Shown: positions 26,054 to 32,000 of the stretch, one piece after another
Layout: each line of letters begins with the position of its first letter
How positions within the stretch are numbered: position 1 is the first letter of the stretch
Source: Deinococcus hopiensis KR-140
GTDB taxonomy: Bacteria; Deinococcota; Deinococci; Deinococcales; Deinococcaceae
DNA length: 32,000 nucleotides
Direction: 5' to 3'
Assembly: GCF_900176165.1 (NCBI RefSeq)
Contig: NZ_FWWU01000011.1
Span: 172,707 to 204,706, forward strand
The notes under the pieces: generated by a model
Seen by the model: the letters and a program-made list of their open reading frames with translations, nothing else
The model's database searches: none
What the model was told of the DNA's origin: nothing
Made by a program: the position numbers and the translations under genes

Positions 26054-27400
26054 TGGGTCACTTGGCATGGGTGTAGGCATTCACTGAACGACCTGAAGGG
26101 TCGTCGCTCCCGAGCCTCCCAGGGGGTGTCGCCTGGCATAGGCTCGCTGACGGCGAGCCCTTCTTTTTCCAGCCCAAACGAACGGAGTGGGATGTGCATT
26201 CCATCCTCGAGCAGTGGCTTCCAGCCATTGGATGATTTGTGCCGGGCTGGTCGGCGATTGACCGGCCAATGCTCGACGAACCAGGATGCGCTGGATGGAC
26301 TCGGCCATGTTGAGCCAACTGCCTGCGACGGGCGTGTACAGCGGCATGATGCCATGCCGCATCAACCAGCAGACCAGGTCTGGTGTCTTATGTCCGACGA
26401 GATTGTCGAGTACCAATAACATTCGAAGAGGAGGCAAGGTGTCGAGCAGCGTGAATTTGACGCTCAGTCCTTCTTGCCACCTTTCCCACACCGCACGGTT
26501 GTCTGCCGGTGGCAACACCGTTGCCACCGGCAGGCGTTGGAGCACTTCAGAGAGGGTCTGTTGCCGCCAAGGGTGAAGCACCGCATTCGTACAGCTGGTC
26601 ACTCCACGAACACGGAGCTGACCGCTGGCAGGATGAAAGAGGGTCAGCAACTTCGCCGTCCCTGCGCGGACATCCTCGTGTGGGAGACGCGTCGGTTGTC
26701 CTGCAGGTTGCCAGGCGCTCCCAGGCTGGAAAATGGCCTGGTAGGGTCCGGCTTCGTCTTCGACCCACACCGCCAGGCCACCTTGTTCCCCTTCAAGGTA
26801 TGCGCGTTCGATCAGTTTTTTTTTGGCCTCGGTATCTGGATCGTGGACAATGACCACGCCGGTTTTGCGTTGTCGTCTGGCCTTTCCCGTTTCGCACCAG
26901 GTTCGGTCCCGCTGCCAGGTCAGCCCGGCTTCGTGTAAGACACCCAAGATGGTGAACGTGCTCAAGCGTTCAAATCCGGGTTCACGACGCAGCACCTTTT
27001 GCAGGGTCACCAGAGACCAGGTGGCCGTGCCGTCTTGCTCCCGATCGGGGGTACGACGCGCTGTCTCTAAGATACGGTTCCGCTCAGCGGAACCGTAGAC
27101 GACGGGAGGACGTCCACCTGGACGAGTTTCGAGTGCGTTTAACCCGTGTTGATTGAGGCGGGAGACCAGACGCGCGACCCCCTCACCGGATCGTCGTCCG
27201 CACAACCGAGCCGCTTCGGTATAGGCCATGCCGGTCGACACCGCGAGAATCGTCTTCGCCCGGCCGACGACAATCGCTGCGGTGTGATGCGAACGGCTCA
27301 ATCGCTCCAAGGTCGCGCGTTCCTCTTCGGTCAGGGTTCGTAAAGGGTTTTTCTGGACACGCGGCACCCTAAAAGCCTATACCCAAAGCAAGTGACCCAC
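26053..27400 (-). mobile_element. IS630-family insertion sequence
   Basis: Imperfect terminal repeats GTGGGTCACTTGgcaTGGGTgTAGGC and GCCTAtACCCAaagCAAGTGACCCAC. Flanked by TA at 26051-26052 and 27401-27402. Confidence 0.9.
26081..27367 (-). CDS. IS630 family transposase
   Basis: 428 aa. N-terminal HTH regions, then ...[18 protein letters not shown]...[20 protein letters not shown]. The ORF contains an A9 run (26816-24) but is uninterrupted. Confidence 0.9.
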   Translation of the reverse strand: MPRVQKNPLRTLTEEERATLERLSRSHHTAAIVVGRAKTILAVSTGMAYTEAARLCGRRSGEGVARLVSRLNQHGLNALETRPGGRPPVVYGSAERNRILETARRTPDREQDGTATWSLVTLQKVLRREPGFERLSTFTILGVLHEAGLTWQRDRTWCETGKARRQRKTGVVIVHDPDTEAKKKLIERAYLEGEQGGLAVWVEDEAGPYQAIFQPGSAWQPAGQPTRLPHEDVRAGTAKLLTLFHPASGQLRVRGVTSCTNAVLHPWRQQTLSEVLQRLPVATVLPPADNRAVWERWQEGLSVKFTLLDTLPPLRMLLVLDNLVGHKTPDLVCWLMRHGIMPLYTPVAGSWLNMAESIQRILVRRALAGQSPTSPAQIIQWLEATARGWNAHPTPFVWAGKRRARRQRAYARRHPLGGSGATTLQVVQ

Positions 27401-27653
27401 TAGCGGGCAGGACTTTGCGCAAGTCCGTCACCCTTGGCCAGGAGAGCACCTATCTCGTGCAGGCGGAGGGCAACGGGGCGCGGGGCCCCTCAGCGGTGAA
27501 CACCTCCGGGAACAACATATGCGGCATCCGCATGTCGTTCAGTACCAAGCCACCCTGACCTCGCTGTGTCCATCCCAGTCCTGGTTCCGAAGGTCTGGGC
27601 TTTTCGGCGTGGGCATCACGGCTCAATCATCCGCCCGCCGCTACGGTACGTCC

Positions 27654-27872
27654 ATGGACGCCCTCATCGACCTCTGCCTCCGCGCCGTGCTCCTCGCCCT
27701 CGCCCACCCCTTCACGCGGGGGCTGCTGCTGGTGTTGGTGGCCCTGTACGGCGCAGGAAGTGGATGGCCGGCGTGGGCGCCGGGGCTGTGCACAACCGTG
27801 GGCCTGAGCTCCTGGGCGCTGCCACTGTGGCGGCTGTGGCAGGAGAGGAGGCGCTCTCCCCGCCTCCGTTGA
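27654..27872 (+). CDS. small hydrophobic protein (may start at 27519)
   Basis: MDALIDLCLRAVLLALAHPFTRGLLLVLVALYGAGSGWPAWAPGLCTTVGLSSWALPLWRLWQERRRSPRLR. G/C is near-uniform at third codon positions. Confidence 0.45.
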   Translation: MDALIDLCLRAVLLALAHPFTRGLLLVLVALYGAGSGWPAWAPGLCTTVGLSSWALPLWRLWQERRRSPRLR

Positions 27873-28326
27873 GGTTACCCACAGGAGGGAGCAGGCGGGC
27901 GCCATCGCCATCAGCATGTCTTCGAGCGACTTGATGATGGCGAGGCTGCCGCCCAGGGGCAGGCCCGGGGCCGTGCAGTCGCGCAGCGGACCTGCAGGTA
28001 TCCGTACAAACGTTTGCCGACCCTGTTTGCGCATCTCCGCCTCGGGGCCCAGGGATGGTCTGGTTGCTCAGCGACATCCACGGCCCAGCAGCCAGGGTGG
28101 GCGAAGGCGAGGAAGGCGGGCGGCGGCGAGGGCCAGTGGTCGGCGTGTTCTGCGCATGGCCCTACGGTGACGCCGGGGGGACGATGACCACATGACGGGA
28201 TGCCGGGTGGCCTGAACAGCCAAACCGGTGCTGGCAGAGGGCTTCACCCACCATCGGCCGATCATCTTGCCCGCTGCATCATCTGGTCAGTTCAAGCGCA
28301 CCCGCTTTGCGCCACTGGAGACCACC

Positions 28327-29358
28327 ATGACCCACGCCCGACTGCTGGCCCTCGCCCTCCTCGCGCTGTCCGTCGCCCCTGTGTCCACTGCCCTCACCGG
28401 AACCCCCGTCGCCGCGCCTGCCAGCACCCTGAGTGGTGCCTGGAAGGGCAAGCTCGATGGCTTCTACGGGCTGGACGCCAATTTCAGGGTCCAGGGCAAC
28501 AGCGTCGTCGGTGTTTTACGCTTGGGCAAGATTGACTTTCCCTTTCGGGGCACCTGGGATGCCGCCAAGAGCCTCGTGACCTTTAAGTACACGTATGCGA
28601 AAGAGGTGCAGACGGTCAAAGCCCTCCTGAAGGGCAGCACCCTCACTGGATTCAACATCTCCCCGAAGGGCAAGCAGACGGCGGTCAGCCTCGCGCGTGT
28701 CACGGACGCTGGAGCCGGAACGGCTGGGGTGAAAGCCGGGCCCTATGTCATGACAGGCGAGGTGCGCGACGAGAAGGGCAACCCCATCGCCGGGGCCGAG
28801 GTCTTCGCAGACCACACCGCCTACTACAACGTGAACGCTGTGGGGAAGTCCGACAACCAGGGGAGATACTCCATCGCCCTCGCGCACCGGTCCGGCACCT
28901 GGAACGCAGGCGCTTACCTGCGCGGAGAGGCCGGTGGACAGCCGTTCGAGGTGCGCCTCAAGCCGGACAACGACACGCCCTTCGACGGTTCGAAAGGCGC
29001 CGTCCGGAACTTCACTTATAAAGCCAGCACGAACGCGACCGGCAAGGTGTACACCTACGTGGCGCACTCAGCGGTGGAAGTCGATTACGACAGCCTGGAA
29101 TTCACCTTCACCCCCGACGGCCCGAACGCAGCGGGCAGCACCGCACCCTTTACACGCAAGTTCGTCATGGGGTCTGGCGTTCCGAACATCTCGCTGGGAC
29201 GGTACAGGGTCAGCGCCACGCACATCCTGAACGGAGTCAAGCAGCGACTTCTGCTCGGCTCTCGCCAGCAGAAGGGCGAGGCGAGCAGCGTCCTGGCGGA
29301 GTTTACCGATGACAGCCACTCCGGCCAGACCCTCGAACTCTTCCTGAACAACCCCTGA
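28327..29358 (+). CDS. secreted protein with a carboxypeptidase-regulatory-like (CarboxypepD_reg) domain
   Basis: Signal peptide MTHARLLALALLALSVAPVSTA. Mid-region GEVRDEKGNPIAGAEVFA...SDNQGRYSI. The ORF-track start at 28228 is probably too early. Confidence 0.8.
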   Translation: MTHARLLALALLALSVAPVSTALTGTPVAAPASTLSGAWKGKLDGFYGLDANFRVQGNSVVGVLRLGKIDFPFRGTWDAAKSLVTFKYTYAKEVQTVKALLKGSTLTGFNISPKGKQTAVSLARVTDAGAGTAGVKAGPYVMTGEVRDEKGNPIAGAEVFADHTAYYNVNAVGKSDNQGRYSIALAHRSGTWNAGAYLRGEAGGQPFEVRLKPDNDTPFDGSKGAVRNFTYKASTNATGKVYTYVAHSAVEVDYDSLEFTFTPDGPNAAGSTAPFTRKFVMGSGVPNISLGRYRVSATHILNGVKQRLLLGSRQQKGEASSVLAEFTDDSHSGQTLELFLNNP

Positions 29359-29552
29359 GTGGGCACCAGGACGAACCTCCGCGCCTCGTTCCGCTGACCT
29401 GCAATAGCGCTCCTTGCCCCGCACAGAAGAAGAACCTACGCTGCCAGCACGGCCCGACTGACCCTCGCGCTTTCCGTGTAGATTCTCCCATGCGTACGCC
29501 AGCACGCAGAGCCAGACGCGAGTGGCACCCACGAAGACCTCCCCCCTTCCGC

Positions 29553-30015
29553 ATGACCTGCGTGGTGAAGAACCCCCTGGAGGTGTTCACAACAGGTGGG
29601 TGTGTCGGGGCCGACAACGCGGTAATAGACCCTGAGGTGAGCGGTACGGCCGCCTTCCTGGGCAAGGACGGCGCGGTGCGTGACTTCACCCTTCACCGGT
29701 AAGCCGCTGGGTGGTGGGGAGGACGGTGCACGGTTCTCTGCCCAACTCGGGCTTCCGGAAGCCGGGGAGATGCCCGAGTACGGAGACGTGGAGCTCACCC
29801 TGACTCCGGCGGGACCGCCCACCGACGGCGCCAAGGGACAGCCAACCAAACTGCGTCAGTCCCAGCTTCCCTTTGAGGTGCCCCAGGGACGCTCCAGGTT
29901 CACGGCACGCTCAATCCCGCGCAAGGGGCCGGCGCCGACCTGGCCCAACGTGCGGGGCAGCGCGTACAGGACCGGCATGACGCTCTCGGTGGACATGGTC
30001 CATCCGCGCCTTTGA
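29553..30015 (+). pseudogene. degraded paralog of the C-terminal half of the 28327-29358 protein
   Basis: Three segment pairs match. MTCVVKNPLEVFTTGG corresponds to MTGEVRDEKGNPIAGAEVFA. LGKDGAVRDFTL corresponds to DGSKGAVRNFTY. After a frameshift near 29700, GDVELTLTPAGPPTDGAKGQPTKLR...VPQGRSRFTA corresponds to DSLEFTFTPDGPNAAGSTAPFTRKF...ISLGRYRVSA. Confidence 0.45.
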
Positions 30016-30134
30016 AGCGGGGGGTGGTCAGGCGCACGGGCGGCCACCCATTGCCGGGCGCGCACCGCGTCTTTCACGAAAGACGTGATGAAAAACCCCC
30101 TTGAGATCGGCGGGGCTGGCGCTGCTGAACAGGC

Positions 30135-30463
30135 TCAGCGGCGCCTTGTTGGTGTTGTCCGCCCTTGCGGAGGCCAAGGTGTCGTCCGGAGTGGTGCCGG
30201 GTGGACCGTGACGCGCTGGGGTACCTCAGTCTGCCGGTTGGTGCGGATGCGCACACCGCGCTCGTAGAGAGCGGCCCAGCCGGTGAGGTGGAGGCTGGCA
30301 GAGTGGGGAAGACCGGGGGCCGTCACGGCGCCTCGGGCTCTGGCGCGGTGCGGACGCAGCGCGCGTTCGTACAGAGGGTTCGGCGTCCTTGCCCTTGCAT
30401 TTCAGGAGGGCGGTGAGGGGGATGGGACCTGTTCATAGTTGGGGATGCCGCGTTTCTCGCCCA
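30135..30463 (-). pseudogene. rearranged, frameshifted copy of cassette gene B
   Basis: The same RBS and start context occurs (GCAGGAGCACACCAACATGGGCGAGAAACGCGGCATCCCCAACTAT, giving MGEKRGIPNYEQ), then a stop after 20 codons. Other frames carry LLKCKGKDAEP/LYERAL (compare LFKYRTKDTEG..LFERAL) and SLHLTGWAALYERGVRIRTNRQ (compare AHLARSAELERAGLKPAPDQ). Confidence 0.4.
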
Positions 30464-30518
30464 TGTTGGTGTGCTCCTGCCGGGCCCACGCCAACGGACC
30501 GGAACGGTGGGTGTAAGG

Positions 30519-30782
30519 TCAGACGGGCGCGTAGATCGGCAGAGGCCCCCAATAGCCAAGCGCCTGAGCGACGTCACGGTCGGCGTCCGTCACGACCGCA
30601 CCGGGTGAAACCGGCGCAATGTACAGCACGCCCTCATGGGTCGCCAGGCAGAGATTGCCCCCCACCGCGCGCCTCAACGCCACGGCAACGCTGGGCCGGG
30701 AACCCAAGCCTTCGGGCGTCGTCGCTGCAGGAGCCACCGTCCACCCCGTCGGTAGCCACTGAACCTTTTTCTTTTCCGTCAT
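30519..30782 (-). CDS. small hypothetical protein (cassette gene A, intact copy)
   Basis: MTEKKKVQWLPTGWTVAPAATTPEGLGSRPSVAVALRRAVGGNLCLATHEGVLYIAPVSPGAVVTDADRDVAQALGYWGPLPIYAPV. An AT-rich promoter-like stretch lies just upstream. The listed 135-aa ORF start is probably too far upstream. Confidence 0.5.
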   Translation of the reverse strand: MTEKKKVQWLPTGWTVAPAATTPEGLGSRPSVAVALRRAVGGNLCLATHEGVLYIAPVSPGAVVTDADRDVAQALGYWGPLPIYAPV

Positions 30783-31026
30783 TTCATTCTTATTCTGCCG
30801 TCCTGAACGTAAAAATGCGTAATGGTCGAGGTCATGCTCGTGGGGATAGGGCATGGCGTGAGGTCGTGCGGTTTCCCTCGCTGCAGGAGACGCCCCCCGA
30901 CCTTGTTGCTTGACACCCAGCACCAACGTTCTAATGTCGCGCTACAGCAGAGCGTAGACCTCCACTCTGGAGCCACTGTCCGTGCGGAATACGGCAGGCC
31001 AAGGCGTACTTTCTTTTCTGCTGCGC

Positions 31027-31042
31027 TTGTAAGCGCTTACAA
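31027..31042. promoter_or_regulatory. cre/LacI-family-type operator, perfect palindrome TTGTAAGCGCTTACAA
   Basis: Perfect 16-bp dyad with a central CG, 70 bp upstream of the GH30 start. It fits the TGWAANCGNTNWCA type consensus. Confidence 0.6.
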
Positions 31043-31111
31043 AATAAAACGCTTTTCGTGGCCTCCGTACCGCTCAGGACTGCTTCCGGGTGAAGCAGCG
31101 AAGGAGAATCC

Positions 31112-32000
31112 ATGTCTTTTTCTGGTCTACCTCGCCTACGTTTTGCCCCCACCACCGGCCTCATGGCCCTCACGCTCGGCCTCATGGCCTGCCAGCCCGT
31201 CACGGTTCCCGGAAGCGGTGGTGGGGAGCATACTCAGCCTGCCAGCGCGGTGGGCGTGCTGCTCACCACGGGCGACCAGTCGCGCCTCCTGAGCACCGAG
31301 TCCAGCGCCCACTTCAGCCGCGACGGCGGGGAGACCTACCCCACGGTCACGGTGGACACCACCCGCACCGACCAGCAGATGGACGGGGTGGGCGCGGCCC
31401 TGACAGACGCCAGCGCGTGGTTGATTCAGAACAAGCTCAGCGCCGACGCACGGACCTCCCTGCTGCGCGACCTCTTTGGCACCGCTGGGGCTGGACTGGA
31501 CGGGCTGCGGCTGCCGATGGGTGCGAGCGACTTCGCCCTGACCCACTACTCCTACGACGACGTGCCGGCTGGACAGACGGACCCCACCCTCGCGCACTTC
31601 AGCGTCGAGCACGACCGCGCGTACATCCTGCCAGTTGCCCAGCAGGCCCGGCAGATCAACCCGGGCCTCAAGTTCATGGCCTCCCCCTGGAGTGCGCCGG
31701 GCTGGATGAAGACCACGGACAGCCTGATCAAGGGCAAACTGAAGCCTGAGAACTACCCCGTCTACGCCCAGTATTTCCGCAGGTTCATCGAGGCATATGC
31801 CCAGGCGGGCGTGCCCATCGATCCGGTGACGGTGCAGAACGAGCCGCACGCTGAGCCCGACAATTACCCAGGCATGCGCGTGGAAGCCGGGGAGGCCGCC
31901 GCCTTTATCCGCGACCACCTGGGGCCAACGCTGCGGCAGGCGGGCCTGAACACCAAGATCATCGGCTGGGACCACAACTGGGACGAGTGGACCTACCCGC
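31112..32000 (+). CDS. glycoside hydrolase family 30 lipoprotein (glucosylceramidase/xylanase-like), truncated by the right window edge
   Basis: Own translation from ATG at 31112, with AAGGAG 6 nt upstream: MSFSGLPRLRFAPTTGLMALTLGLMAC (lipobox)...QQMDGVGAALTDASAWL...LRLPMGASDF...KFMASPWSAPGWMK...VTVQNEPH...IIGWDHNW. It is not in the ORF track because the frame runs off the edge. ORFs 31090-31749(+) and 31136-31975(-) are off-frame shadows. Confidence 0.85.
   Translation, partial: MSFSGLPRLRFAPTTGLMALTLGLMACQPVTVPGSGGGEHTQPASAVGVLLTTGDQSRLLSTESSAHFSRDGGETYPTVTVDTTRTDQQMDGVGAALTDASAWLIQNKLSADARTSLLRDLFGTAGAGLDGLRLPMGASDFALTHYSYDDVPAGQTDPTLAHFSVEHDRAYILPVAQQARQINPGLKFMASPWSAPGWMKTTDSLIKGKLKPENYPVYAQYFRRFIEAYAQAGVPIDPVTVQNEPHAEPDNYPGMRVEAGEAAAFIRDHLGPTLRQAGLNTKIIGWDHNWDEWTYP

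Noticed and set aside
26816-26824. A9/T9 homopolymer inside the IS630 transposase as a programmed frameshift site
   Set aside because: The 428-aa ORF reads straight through it (EAKKKLIE) with full-length homology, so no frameshift is needed.
30800-30835. Possible RDRM-like (radiation/desiccation response) motif around AACGTAAAAATGCGTAA upstream of cassette gene A
   Set aside because: The two CGTAA elements are direct repeats, not inverted. The 17-mer does not fit the palindromic TTMYGY...RCRKAA pattern.
31090-31975. ORFs 31090-31749 (+) and 31136-31975 (-)
   Set aside because: They are off-frame and antisense shadows of the GH30 gene, whose real frame starts at 31112 and is absent from the track only because it runs off the window.
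1-32000. CRISPR arrays, tandem repeats, rRNA/tRNA genes, known defence-system signatures
   Set aside because: Scanning by eye, I saw no spaced direct-repeat array, RNA gene or hallmark defence domain (Cas, RT, TIR, SIR2, STAND NTPase, nuclease-helicase pairs).

Overview
High-GC bacterial DNA. The gene content is Deinococcus-like (DinB-family and ChaB genes, IS701/IS630-type elements), but I cannot verify the organism. The window reads as an accessory, decaying region, not core chromosome.

Intact modules:
- A LacI-regulated purine-salvage operon at the left edge (lacI-type regulator, nucleoside hydrolase, adenosine deaminase). A perfect 14-bp palindrome occurs twice around it.
- A GyrI-like / small ORF / alpha-beta hydrolase operon.
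- A merR plus MBL-hydrolase pair with a classic MerR dyad promoter.
- A block holding a hypothetical gene, ChaB, a dead RNase HI, an intact 788-aa Pol II-like family B DNA polymerase, a membrane ORF and a small possible DNA-binding protein.
- A c-di-GMP pair: a sugar-binding-domain GGDEF cyclase and a GAF-PAS-PAS-HD-GYP phosphodiesterase.
- A secreted CarboxypepD_reg-like protein.
- A GH30 lipoprotein gene running off the right edge, with a cre-like palindrome upstream.

Mobile DNA:
- Two diverged IS701-family copies with 4-bp NTAG duplications. One has a frameshifted transposase and splits a small acidic gene.
- One IS630-family element inserted exactly in the TA of the HD-GYP stop codon.
- An internally deleted IS3 remnant abutting a possible IS4-like fragment.

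Decay, all inferred by reading alternative frames:
- An ANT(6)-like nucleotidyltransferase with at least 4 frame changes.
- An APH-like phosphotransferase with in-frame stops.
- A DinB-family gene with at least 3 frame changes.
- An internal RecQ fragment.
- RNase HI with a catalytic D->N change and indels.
- A degraded paralog of the secreted protein.

Most interesting observations:
- The polymerase is intact while its surroundings are dead.
- A previously unannotated two-gene cassette occurs twice in inverted orientation, with reciprocal decay between the copies.

I found no CRISPR array, tRNA or rRNA, and no recognisable known defence system. Two edge-truncated genes (add, GH30) are absent from the supplied ORF track and were found by direct translation.
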